Shown here piece after piece: positions 39,353 through 48,734 of a stretch of DNA of 64,000 nt. The notes under the pieces were generated by a model. The model was not told the DNA's origin. It was given only the letters and a program-made list of their open reading frames with translations, and did no database searches. How positions within the stretch are numbered: position 1 is the stretch's first letter; each line of letters begins with the position of its first letter. The stretch is from assembly GCA_049516875.1 (NCBI GenBank), contig JBEKSS010000007.1, forward strand, positions 32,001 through 96,000. The letters run 5' to 3'. Both the position numbers and the translations under genes were made by a program. The DNA comes from Candidatus Bathyarchaeia archaeon (lineage in GTDB: Archaea; Thermoproteota; Bathyarchaeia; Bathyarchaeales; Bathycorpusculaceae).

Positions 39353-39612
39353 AGAAGCCCCATTCTAGTCAGCGAGTCTGCAGTGTAGAGTTGTTGCAAA
39401 AAAAGAGCAGGCTATCTCTCCCTCCACGTGTGGGCTATGCGGTGGGTACATTGAAAAATCCCGAGTAGAGGGAATTGAAAGAGTCAGCGTATCCGCCAAT
39501 ATCCATTGGCCTGTTGCGGCGTCAAATCTAAATCAACCTCAATTCTGTAATCAAACTTGTCGATTCTTCGTGTTCTTGTCTTGGACGCTGCAATCAGCCC
39601 TTTTCTTTCCCA

Positions 39613-39679
39613 TTCATTGAGCCTTATTCAAAGCACGCAGTGCACCTTGAAGGCCAAGCGCGCGCTTGGGCTCAATGAA
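39613..39679. other. Branched inverted-repeat structure downstream of the pilin gene
   Basis: 11-bp stem TTCATTGAGCC/GGCTCAATGAA enclosing two hairpins, one being CAAGCGCGCGCTTG. Confidence 0.65.
39658..39665. repeat. Intergenic GCGCGCGC octamer
   Basis: Centre of the 16-bp palindrome CCAAGCGCGCGCTTGG. Confidence 0.7.
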
Positions 39680-39697
39680 AGAATCAAAATGGAGGTT

Positions 39698-40204
39698 CTA
39701 GGACAATGTGCTTGGTGCTTGTTGGGTCCACGATAGGGGTATACCGATTGATGGTATCACTTTGAAATAGTATATCGTACCGACCTGCCACGAGTAGTTC
39801 AATGTTATTCTCTGAACAGTGCCTGCTGGGAGCGACACTGGAGTGATTGTCTGGTTGTCCATCGTTGAAGATGATGTTCCAACATAGACCTGAATTATCG
39901 TGGTGTCCGAAGTGCCTGTATCTTGTATGTCAATGTCTATCTTGGTTCCGTTTCCGTAGAATCTCACGTTTGCCGGGTAAAGAACCACGCCTGCTTGTCC
40001 TGTTGTATGGGCCATATAAGTCATTACCCACGCGTACGTCACCACTATCGCGGCCACGGCTATGACAACTAGCAGCAGCGTAGCGAGTATCGGCGAAATG
40101 GCTTTTCTGGATCTTAACGAATTACAAGCCAAATTCTTCACCTTCTTGTTGTTTAATGATGTTCCAAATTTCTTATTTAACTTGTATGAACTTTGAATCT
40201 GCAT
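39698..40204 (-). CDS. Type IV pilin-like protein
   Basis: Class III signal RSRKA|ISPILATLLLVVIAVAA; true start probably later (e.g. GTG 40141). Confidence 0.92.
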   Translation of the reverse strand: MQIQSSYKLNKKFGTSLNNKKVKNLACNSLRSRKAISPILATLLLVVIAVAAIVVTYAWVMTYMAHTTGQAGVVLYPANVRFYGNGTKIDIDIQDTGTSDTTIIQVYVGTSSSTMDNQTITPVSLPAGTVQRITLNYSWQVGTIYYFKVIPSIGIPLSWTQQAPSTLS

Positions 40205-40232
40205 TCAGAGTTACTGCTTATTGCCTGCCGCT

Positions 40233-43190
40233 CTAGGATTTTGTTATCACCGTAACGTTTAGTGGTTGTTCAATTGTTGTCCACAGTCCGTTGGTTCCAC
40301 CCGTGTCTGGATATATGGGGTTCTGGCCGTCGAAGGTCGCTATGGCGCCGGACCATATCAGGTCGTGTGGGTCGGTGAATGCAACTGGTCGCAGTGACAC
40401 GGGTTTGAGTTGAAGGGTCAGGGTTTGACTGTTGCCGTTTATAGAATCCATCACGTTTATTCCACCAGTCTGGTTTCCGAGGATGTAGTCCATCGCGTAG
40501 AGCTGGAGGTTTTGGGCAGTCGTCATCATGATGCCGAACCCATGATTGTTTCCCACGAATTCGCTCCAGTGATGCTGCCAACCGTTCGACGAATTGTAAT
40601 AGAAGCCAGAGCTGTTGTTGATCGTCGGATTGCTTCCTTGTATGCCGTCTTCCGTCATGTTCTCAGCCCACTGTACACCCCACTGATTCTGTGTTATCGT
40701 TGCTGTCGCCTGAAGCAAGGTGATGTCAGTTATTGTGCGGGGTTGTGTTGAGTTCACAAACATCAGTCTGAGTTCGTAAGTGTAGTAATTTGCGTTCGCT
40801 GGCAGCGTCAAAACGATGTGTCCATAAACGTTCGGGCAGCCGCCGATACCGCCGCTCCATTCTGGCTCTTGATGAATGATGTCTCTCACGATCCCGTGGT
40901 AAATCACAAACGACGGCGTTTCAGCCCCGTATGTGGGACCCTTCTGATTCAGACTCATGAAATTGACAGTGTTCTGCGTTCCTCCAAATGTCGAGGTGAC
41001 TGTGAACGAGCCCGCGTCCACCTTGAGGGTTAAGCCTCCGTTGGTCAAAATGCCGGCGTTCACGTTGTCTCCTGTGAAGGCAGTGCAAGTATAGGCGAGG
41101 GGCGTCTGAACTGCTGTTTCACTTCCATCCCACCAAATGGTTACGTTCACAACGTTCGGATACACCAAGAAAACAAGCATGTTTCTTCCACTGAAAATAC
41201 TTGCGTTGTCCGTCAAGCCTATTGGTACAGTGTAGTTGGAGGACCAGTCTTCTATCTGGAACGGTACTTCTCGCGTTACATTGTCTGTGGTTGTCTGCTT
41301 GACATGAATTGACTTCACTGGCAGCGGTATAATAGGTTCTGGACCTGGCGTCAAGTTAATGTTCTGTCCCAGCCATTGCATCGCTCCGTTCTGAAGCACT
41401 TCTATGACAGTAGGGGGACCTTGTGTTTGAGAAGCCGGTCTGGGCGAGCCAGGAGGGGTCTCCTCTTGACTGAGGGCAATTGAAGGTTCCGGGTTAACGA
41501 TATATCTGATTAGCAAATCATCAAAATAGGTTATGTCTCCTTGTCTTGAGCCTGCTATGCCCACCATGCCATATCCCCTCGTTTGCCCGCTACCGAAGTT
41601 ACCGTCAATGGTCCATGAGCTCGGTTCAGCTGAGTCTACTGGCCAGACTTTGACCTTGCCATTATTAGTTGCTGAACTGATAACTCTAAATTTCATGTAA
41701 TACCACGTGTTCGTTGTCCAACTGTAAGCTGTTTGGGTCCCCCATGAGCGCAAGTCATTCAGGAGGCTTAAAGTGTTTTGGTCGTTGTAAAACAGTGCGC
41801 AGTATCCGCTGCCTGAGGGGTCCATGTTGGAGGACAAGCCCATTCTTCCAGCATCGCCTCCCCCAAACTGGGCCACATCTATTTTTGCCACTATCTCCAC
41901 GTCCTGGGTAAGACTGCCCAAGGCGTTAACGATCAGCTTGTTCGGGTCTCCGCCTGCTCCAACATTCTTCAACATGCCATTCTGGATAGACCATGTGCCG
42001 CCATTTGTCTTGATGTAGGCTGGTTCTGTGGTTATGTCAGGCTCATCTGCCCTGTTGAAATCGTCAAACCACAAGTAAACATTGCTCTTATTTGCAGGCG
42101 GGTTCACAGCTGAGGGATTTCCATAATACAGGTAGTAGTTGTTGTCGGTCGACGGAGAGGAACTTATGGATGCTTGGGTTTTGAACCAGACTTGGGTTGA
42201 GCTGCCGTCCATGTTTATTATGTCACGGTCTAGTTCAACCCACGCCGACCCGTTCCAATTGACTATCCTTAGGTCAGATCCGTCCATGCGCATTTTTCCT
42301 GTAGAAACCAGAGAGGCAGTGTCAACCGTTGCCATGACGGAGTAGCCGGAACCAATTGTGGCTGCCGCGTTATTCGTGATCGTTATCAGCTTCCGATAAC
42401 TGTAGGCTGGGTTCCACCAGGCTGAGTTTGGCAGAGTAAAGTTGTAGCCTGTGAAGTTGAATGCGTAGGTGTACTGGTTGAAAGAGGAAGCTACGGTGGT
42501 TATGCCTCTTTGATCCTGGACTTCCACTACGTAGGCTTGAGGGCTTACCTCTGGAGGAATGTCTATCAAGTATGTTCCGTTTTCCAGTGATGGGTCTGTA
42601 GTTGGGCTAACCGATTGCCACGTTGAGTTTGTTTGGACGTACTGGTAGAATTTGAAGTTTTGTTTTGTCAGGTCTATTATAGGTTTATTTTCATCTCCGG
42701 TCACAACCAGGCTTGTCTGATTGTAGACGGTGGTGTTTGTGATTTGCGCCGTCAATCCGGCTGAAGGCGTGTATCTCACCCCGTAGATTCCCAGCTTTGT
42801 TAGATTATAGGCTACGTCAAGATATCCTGTGCTGTAGCTAGTCTTGTTGAACCATTCGGTGTGCATGGTCAAATTGTTCAGAGCGAAACCTGCTCCCCAG
42901 TCTGGATGCGTGTTTGCAATGTATGCCAATCCACTTGCAGTATAGTTCAACGTACTTTCATTCGCGTAAGAGAGATCTCCTGTAACTTTGATGACTGAGC
43001 CAAAATATCCTACGGCGAAACCCAGCATCTGTTTCAGAGCGAAATTGGTTTCGTCGATAGCGCTTAAGACTTGCGGCTGAACCTGAATAGTACTGTTAAG
43101 TATTATGGAGTAGGTCATTATGACTGTGGATACGAGTACTATCGCGACTAGCAAAGCCGCGATAATCGAGAACTGACCTTTGCGGTTCAA
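40233..43190 (-). CDS. Large pilin-like adhesin with DUF2341 and lectin-like domains
   Basis: RKG|QFSIIAALL signal; WWNPAYSYRKLITI...DLRIV...VWFK...YLYYGNP; beta-rich segment after FDDF. Confidence 0.82.
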   Translation of the reverse strand: MNRKGQFSIIAALLVAIVLVSTVIMTYSIILNSTIQVQPQVLSAIDETNFALKQMLGFAVGYFGSVIKVTGDLSYANESTLNYTASGLAYIANTHPDWGAGFALNNLTMHTEWFNKTSYSTGYLDVAYNLTKLGIYGVRYTPSAGLTAQITNTTVYNQTSLVVTGDENKPIIDLTKQNFKFYQYVQTNSTWQSVSPTTDPSLENGTYLIDIPPEVSPQAYVVEVQDQRGITTVASSFNQYTYAFNFTGYNFTLPNSAWWNPAYSYRKLITITNNAAATIGSGYSVMATVDTASLVSTGKMRMDGSDLRIVNWNGSAWVELDRDIINMDGSSTQVWFKTQASISSSPSTDNNYYLYYGNPSAVNPPANKSNVYLWFDDFNRADEPDITTEPAYIKTNGGTWSIQNGMLKNVGAGGDPNKLIVNALGSLTQDVEIVAKIDVAQFGGGDAGRMGLSSNMDPSGSGYCALFYNDQNTLSLLNDLRSWGTQTAYSWTTNTWYYMKFRVISSATNNGKVKVWPVDSAEPSSWTIDGNFGSGQTRGYGMVGIAGSRQGDITYFDDLLIRYIVNPEPSIALSQEETPPGSPRPASQTQGPPTVIEVLQNGAMQWLGQNINLTPGPEPIIPLPVKSIHVKQTTTDNVTREVPFQIEDWSSNYTVPIGLTDNASIFSGRNMLVFLVYPNVVNVTIWWDGSETAVQTPLAYTCTAFTGDNVNAGILTNGGLTLKVDAGSFTVTSTFGGTQNTVNFMSLNQKGPTYGAETPSFVIYHGIVRDIIHQEPEWSGGIGGCPNVYGHIVLTLPANANYYTYELRLMFVNSTQPRTITDITLLQATATITQNQWGVQWAENMTEDGIQGSNPTINNSSGFYYNSSNGWQHHWSEFVGNNHGFGIMMTTAQNLQLYAMDYILGNQTGGINVMDSINGNSQTLTLQLKPVSLRPVAFTDPHDLIWSGAIATFDGQNPIYPDTGGTNGLWTTIEQPLNVTVITKS

Positions 43191-43192
43191 TC

Positions 43193-44503
43193 TTATCCGC
43201 CTCCCGCCTCTCCAAGCTGCAAAACCACAAGCTTGGAGGTCCCGGCAGCCGTGTACACGGATTTGTAGATTCTTGGGTTATAATCGCACAAAAGGCCCAG
43301 CGCGGTAAGCCTGACATCTGGAACTCGTGTCAAACCCAGTGCAAAAAGAGAGCCTGTCGTATCTGTGCTTCCTTTAGAAATGTGATCGTAGACGGCTCCA
43401 GCGGCACCGTTCGGTTGATTGAAAAGGGGTGCGGCGGTGGTTAAGTTGTACTGAACGGTATTCAGTGAACTCAGAGCTCTGGTGGCCGTTTGGATAGGAG
43501 ATGGGTAAATGCCGTAATAGTCGCATTTGTCAAGAGCTGTGGATGAAAGGGTGACGACACCGACATCGGAAGTTAACCAAGCACCATTGTAGCTATATCC
43601 TTGGTCATCTAGGCCCTCAAGAAAAGCATTGAGTCCAGCAGCGCCGACCAACTTCATGCCGAATATGCCCCACGTGTTTTGGTCTCCCGGGCCTGTGAAC
43701 TGAAGAGTATTTGAAACATAATACAGTGGATAGCCGACTATGCTCACCCAAGTCCAATTGTATTGATTGACCCGCTTGCCCAACTGGTAGGCGTACTGAG
43801 CGTACGAGTCACCGGAATAGAGGTTGGAATAGTTTGCAGGTATCGGAACGGCTTCTCCACACGTGTTAATGATGATTGCATTTTGCAGGCTTTCATTTCC
43901 TAATGGCTGTCCGTCCAATATCTGTCCAAACTGGGTTGTGTTTTGAACCAGTATGATGGATGAGGGCTGGAAGTATGGGACAAGCAGGTTTGCCAAGTCT
44001 TCTGCGATGCTTTGACCAGTGTATCCTGTGATCCACCAGCCGTTTGCGTCGCTACAGTCCAGAATATAGAGTGTTGCTCCTATTTTCTGTGCCGTCAAAC
44101 TGAAGGTCACGTTGGAGGAGGCAACCATGTAGGAAGCCACGTCGGATCCTATGCCCAAGCTTTCAGCGTTGGAAATTGACCTGCTTGCGCTGTAAAGCTC
44201 CTGTCCGTTTTGGCTTGAAATGTCGTAAACGGTTAAGTTGTAGACCACGCTTGTCGGTAAGGATGCTGAAAGCGCAACTTGAAGCTGATTCCAAGCGGTA
44301 TTATTTTCAGTGTCAAAGGCAGCGTCGCTAACGTCATGCTGCACATCTAGGGTCTCAAGGGTCGACAAGGCGAGTCTTCTCAAGTTCAGAGGCGAAACTT
44401 GACGTGGCGATGGCAAAACAGCGAAGAAAGTGGCTGTCAAAAAGGCTCCCGTCATTATGAGGATTACGATTAATATCTCAACCGTGCGCATCATCTTAGC
44501 CAA
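43193..44503 (-). CDS. Minor pilin-like / pilus-associated protein
   Basis: MAKMMRTVEILIVIL single N-terminal TM; operonic. Confidence 0.7.
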   Translation of the reverse strand: MAKMMRTVEILIVILIMTGAFLTATFFAVLPSPRQVSPLNLRRLALSTLETLDVQHDVSDAAFDTENNTAWNQLQVALSASLPTSVVYNLTVYDISSQNGQELYSASRSISNAESLGIGSDVASYMVASSNVTFSLTAQKIGATLYILDCSDANGWWITGYTGQSIAEDLANLLVPYFQPSSIILVQNTTQFGQILDGQPLGNESLQNAIIINTCGEAVPIPANYSNLYSGDSYAQYAYQLGKRVNQYNWTWVSIVGYPLYYVSNTLQFTGPGDQNTWGIFGMKLVGAAGLNAFLEGLDDQGYSYNGAWLTSDVGVVTLSSTALDKCDYYGIYPSPIQTATRALSSLNTVQYNLTTAAPLFNQPNGAAGAVYDHISKGSTDTTGSLFALGLTRVPDVRLTALGLLCDYNPRIYKSVYTAAGTSKLVVLQLGEAGGG

Positions 44504-45680
44504 TCACCTGATAACCTTGCAGACTCCAGAGGGAGAGTTTCGCTTGATACGCGATGTCTCCAATGAGGACTTGGCGCAAGTCCGTGGCAACCCAGTTTTT
44601 TCCGAAGGGGTTGGCACCGAAGGTCACGGATGCTCCTATCGAGTTGACTCCAACGGGGGTGATCACCATGCCGTAGCTGTTTCCATCGCCATAGGCGACA
44701 ACCAAGAAACCAGTCTGATTGTCAGTGATGATCTGCAAATTCTGAGAAGGTGCGGTGTTGTCCACACTCCCGGAGAAGATTCCAGCTGGAATCGGCACGA
44801 AATTGTCGGGCAGGACATAAAAAGAGGCGTTGAAATACAGGGGACCCATGCCGGTCTGCGGATTCTGGGTGAGCGATACGTTTGCTATTCCATTATCGTA
44901 GCTCTGGATATAGGGGATTAGACTCCCGGCGTTGGTCACGGTTTCTTGTGACAGGTAGCCTATTCCACTAATTCCAGCTGTGCTGGCTTTCACTATGAAC
45001 GTGAATGCGGTTCCACTGCTCAAGGATGGAAACTCTTTGAATGCGATGCCGGAAGAGTCGGTTTGGAGAATGTCGGACGTGAAATTGTAATTCATGATGG
45101 GATATTCGCCTGGACCTGGGTTCGCCCAGAACATCAGGTAGTTCAGGTATGCGTTGCTGAGTGGAAACCCAGTTCCGTATGCTTGAATTTTGAGTTTCAG
45201 ATAGGCATCGGGTACCTCGGAAATGTTCACCGTGATGGTCGGCGTAATCGCCAGTTGAAAATCGTAGGTTCCGTTTATCCCCAACAGACTAGTCACGTCG
45301 CGGTAACTGATGCACTGGCTTGCTTGCAGGAGTAAGTATCCACCATTTAGGCTCCATGAGACGTTGTTGTATTGTTGAGCCCCCGGGGAAAGTAGTCGCA
45401 TGGGGGAAAAGGGGCTTAGCCGGTACTCTTGGAATTCGGGGTCTTGCAAGCCGAAGAATGTAAGCTTCTGCGTGCTACTACCCGAGACTCCCCAATCGGA
45501 GGGAGTACCTGGATTCAACAGTATGCTGTCGAGAACGTCGCTGCACTTTGTTGCGATGTATCTGTGGTACTGATATACGATTGCTGTTTGATTCATTTGA
45601 TTGTAGAATCCGATGAAAAGCAGTATAGCGGCTAAGAAGACTGTGAAAGCAACCAAATGATCTATTGTTGCGCCTGCCAC
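44496..45680 (-). CDS. Minor pilin-like protein
   Basis: GTG start after GAGGGG; AGATIDHLVAF + TM; PGTPSDWG motif. Confidence 0.72.
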   Translation of the reverse strand: MAGATIDHLVAFTVFLAAILLFIGFYNQMNQTAIVYQYHRYIATKCSDVLDSILLNPGTPSDWGVSGSSTQKLTFFGLQDPEFQEYRLSPFSPMRLLSPGAQQYNNVSWSLNGGYLLLQASQCISYRDVTSLLGINGTYDFQLAITPTITVNISEVPDAYLKLKIQAYGTGFPLSNAYLNYLMFWANPGPGEYPIMNYNFTSDILQTDSSGIAFKEFPSLSSGTAFTFIVKASTAGISGIGYLSQETVTNAGSLIPYIQSYDNGIANVSLTQNPQTGMGPLYFNASFYVLPDNFVPIPAGIFSGSVDNTAPSQNLQIITDNQTGFLVVAYGDGNSYGMVITPVGVNSIGASVTFGANPFGKNWVATDLRQVLIGDIAYQAKLSLWSLQGYQVIG

Positions 45681-45696
45681 TATGTACCGCCCCTCA

Positions 45697-46179
45697 TTAT
45701 CCTCCAAATCCTAGCTTGATGGTTCCGTTTTGAAACTTCTCAGCGTAAGCGTTCGCATTCGTGGAATTGCTCACAAAGGTCGTTGGAAGATCCCACTGTG
45801 CGTTTGAACCAAGGAGGACTGAGGCCGTTACCTGATACTTAGTGGTCACTAGTCTGACGGTTATCTCGAGTACTTGGCTCGAATTTGCCACAGAACCTGA
45901 GGATTGAAGTGTTGCGTTTGCTGCATAATAGTACCCTTCTATGTAAGGGGGAAGCCCAAACTGGTCAGAAGTTGTTCCAGCTGGTATGGTGGGATGATTA
46001 AGCGCGAAGTACATCTGTTGTATCGCACTCCCCATGTTGCTGGCAGCGTCTTGAAGTACAAGTGTCCTTCGCGAATCAACCCAAACATTCATCAGATAAC
46101 TCGCAACCACAGGAAACAAGAAAATCTGTAATACTAGAATCGGAATCATGATCACGTGTTCAATAGTTACATGCGGCGT
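45697..46179 (-). CDS. Minor pilin-like protein (probable ACG start)
   Basis: SD GGAGGT, then in-frame ACG CCG CAT GTA ACT ATT GAA giving PHVTIEHVIMIPILVL + TM. Confidence 0.68.
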   Translation of the reverse strand, partial: TPHVTIEHVIMIPILVLQIFLFPVVASYLMNVWVDSRRTLVLQDAASNMGSAIQQMYFALNHPTIPAGTTSDQFGLPPYIEGYYYAANATLQSSGSVANSSQVLEITVRLVTTKYQVTASVLLGSNAQWDLPTTFVSNSTNANAYAEKFQNGTIKLGFGG

Positions 46180-46201
46180 ACATGAACCTCCTTTGAGTCT
46201 T

Positions 46202-47035
46202 CTAGGCGGAAGCCCCTAGCGAGACGGTTACATTCCCCCCGTAAATTTCGACAACCGAATTAGGCCCGAGGATGACTGTTTGACTTGTAGCCAAAAAGTT
46301 GAAAAAGTCCGACGTTAAACCCATCCCCACACCGTTCGGGAAGGCTACAGTGATCGTAACAGTGGTGACATTGCTGGATATCTGGTGGGGAACGTTTATT
46401 CCTGTCAAGGTCACTGACTGCGCCAGTTGTGGGGATGAGCCCTGATTGAGAATTGGCAGGTAGAAACGGGCGTAATTGACATTGTTTATCATGGAATTAA
46501 GCTGGCGGACGATTGGTGCGATTACTATTCTGATGTAGTTTCCATCCTGCATAGGTACTTTCTCGATGACAAAGGCTTTGCACACGGGTGCAGAGGTGCC
46601 GTTTTGCAGGAAACTGTTTGATGATGGGAATATCTCTTCAAAGTAGTTATTCGCAACCGAATAATCGCTTGTCGGTATACTGAACAGAATTGCACCGACG
46701 TTAAAGCTGGCCACAAGTGACCCGTCAAAGTAGAAACTGTAGGTCAAGGCTGGAGACCGAAATGTAACTTCCCCGTATTTGCTCGCATAAGTCAAGGTTT
46801 GAGTACGTCCAGGAATCCAAGCCACATCATCCACTTGGAGACCGAGAGTCTGCATAAACTGCTTCATAGAGTTGAAATCGTTCTGAGCGATCTGTCCGTT
46901 CAAATAGCTGTTCACAAAAGTAATGGTCACAAGAAGCATCACTATGATGGCGCTTGTCAATATAGTCGTTGAAATCGCCGAACTTATGGCTCGTTTGTTC
47001 TTTCGCCACCGTCGAAGTGAGTTTCTCAAGGCCAT
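46202..47035 (-). CDS. Pilin-like protein
   Basis: KNKRA|ISSAISTTILTSAIIVML class III signal. Confidence 0.82.
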   Translation of the reverse strand: MALRNSLRRWRKNKRAISSAISTTILTSAIIVMLLVTITFVNSYLNGQIAQNDFNSMKQFMQTLGLQVDDVAWIPGRTQTLTYASKYGEVTFRSPALTYSFYFDGSLVASFNVGAILFSIPTSDYSVANNYFEEIFPSSNSFLQNGTSAPVCKAFVIEKVPMQDGNYIRIVIAPIVRQLNSMINNVNYARFYLPILNQGSSPQLAQSVTLTGINVPHQISSNVTTVTITVAFPNGVGMGLTSDFFNFLATSQTVILGPNSVVEIYGGNVTVSLGASA

Positions 47036-47057
47036 GTCCGGTCTCTCTCCTCCACGC

Positions 47058-48734
47058 TCAGAGCTTGATGAACATGGGCAATAGCTCTGCTGCTACGATT
47101 GAAATTATGACTAGAACTGCCGCATGCTTGAACCCTGCCGCTATGGATTCCTCGCTGATTTTTCCAGCCACGATACCTACCATATAGCTGTAGAAAATAG
47201 CTGACGTCGTGAAAATTTGTCTGATCCAGTCCATGTTTGCTGGAGGCGGAGCTCCACCAACTCCTATAGTACCTGTCGTGAAACCCAGCATCATCGATGT
47301 GGTCACGACGAGAAGCAGTGCCGCAAAGTAGGGCATCATGATGTAGGGTCGAGTTGAAGATTTCTTTTCTTTTTCAACCTCTTGGGTCGAATTGTTGAAT
47401 CTGGCAAGCGACTCTATCATTTCAATAGTGCCCCCGCCGACATCCACCGTCTCAACGAGCAAGAACATGACGATTTGCGTCATCCAACTTTTCGTCCTGC
47501 TTATGAAGTCCATCATCACCTTTTTCAGCGGGATTCCCCAAGAGATTTCTGAGCTGATTTTGCGCAGTTCTTTGCTGAACACGCCATATTCGCGGTGTGA
47601 AAGGCTTTCAATGCACTTTTCGGGTGAGAGTCCTGTTTTTCTGACTTCCGTCAGGTCTCTTAGAAAGCTGTTTATGCCTTGTTCCGTGCTTGTTTTTTTA
47701 CTTGAGAGTTTGCCGTGTACAACGGCTGCTGGTGCAGCTGAGACGAACAATGCTAACGCAAGCGCCACGGGCATTTGGCTCAGTATGCCAAAACCGCGAC
47801 TGAGAAAGAGGAAGAGGAACAATGCTATTCCCGCTATGGCACACACGGCAAAGACTTTGTATGGTCGCATTTCAGTAACCGGTGTTTTAGGCTGCATGCT
47901 ATGTGCCAGGTAAACGAACATCATTGACAGCATTGGACTGAAGACGAATGTGTAGAGAATAATGGTTGAAACATCACCGCCAGATCCGCCGCCAACCCCA
48001 ATGTTTTGTACACTGAACATTATGTAGAAGCAGAGAGACATCATCACGTTGACTATTATGAAAGTTTCCAGAAGCATTCCGAGTCTTTCAGCTGCAGCTC
48101 TGACGCGCAATGCTCTGGCCTTGAAAATGTCTTCTGCCTTTCTTTCCAAAAAGTGTCCGATGTCTCCGCCGATGATGACTGTTGACGAGTACCCTGAAAG
48201 GAAATCTTTGAAGATGTCTAATGGGTTTTTCTTTGCCGCGTTCTGAATCGCGGTTAACGGGTCTATTCCAAAGATCTCCACGTCTTTTATGATTTCTCTT
48301 GCTTCCACCTTCATCGCGGGCATCAGTTCGACCTGTGCGAGTCGTTTAAAACTGGTGTACGGTGCTATGCCGCCTGAAGCCATGACGCTGATGTAAGCTG
48401 TGGCAAACGGCATTTCTCTTTCCAGATTGCTTGCTCTCTCGCCGGATCTGGACATGGGAACCACTAGAAATCCAATCATCACATAGAACGGAGCGGGTAT
48501 CAAGAAAATAATTGGCATGAAACCATAGAGAAGCACGACAACCACCGAGATTATTGACAACGGAAGCATCATCACAGCCGCGAAGAACATTAGTGAGACG
48601 TAGGTTTCTGGGTAAATCTTGATTTTTGCCCGTTCCAGGTAATCCTTGAATTCGAAGACGTTTTTCAGAAAGGAGGGTGCAATGTTCCCGAAAAGACGGA
48701 AGGACCATGCCTCAAGGGTTTTTAGAAGCGGCAA
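47058..48734 (-). CDS. Pilus membrane platform protein (TadC/FlaJ-like, two T2SSF domains)
   Basis: EREMPFA...ASGG and FLRDLTEVRKTG repeats, multi-TM. Confidence 0.93.
   Translation of the reverse strand: MPLLKTLEAWSFRLFGNIAPSFLKNVFEFKDYLERAKIKIYPETYVSLMFFAAVMMLPLSIISVVVVLLYGFMPIIFLIPAPFYVMIGFLVVPMSRSGERASNLEREMPFATAYISVMASGGIAPYTSFKRLAQVELMPAMKVEAREIIKDVEIFGIDPLTAIQNAAKKNPLDIFKDFLSGYSSTVIIGGDIGHFLERKAEDIFKARALRVRAAAERLGMLLETFIIVNVMMSLCFYIMFSVQNIGVGGGSGGDVSTIILYTFVFSPMLSMMFVYLAHSMQPKTPVTEMRPYKVFAVCAIAGIALFLFLFLSRGFGILSQMPVALALALFVSAAPAAVVHGKLSSKKTSTEQGINSFLRDLTEVRKTGLSPEKCIESLSHREYGVFSKELRKISSEISWGIPLKKVMMDFISRTKSWMTQIVMFLLVETVDVGGGTIEMIESLARFNNSTQEVEKEKKSSTRPYIMMPYFAALLLVVTTSMMLGFTTGTIGVGGAPPPANMDWIRQIFTTSAIFYSYMVGIVAGKISEESIAAGFKHAAVLVIISIVAAELLPMFIKL

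Noticed and set aside
39006-39560. True CRISPR array
   Set aside because: Only one convincing repeat; the other repeats are irregularly spaced 15-mers.
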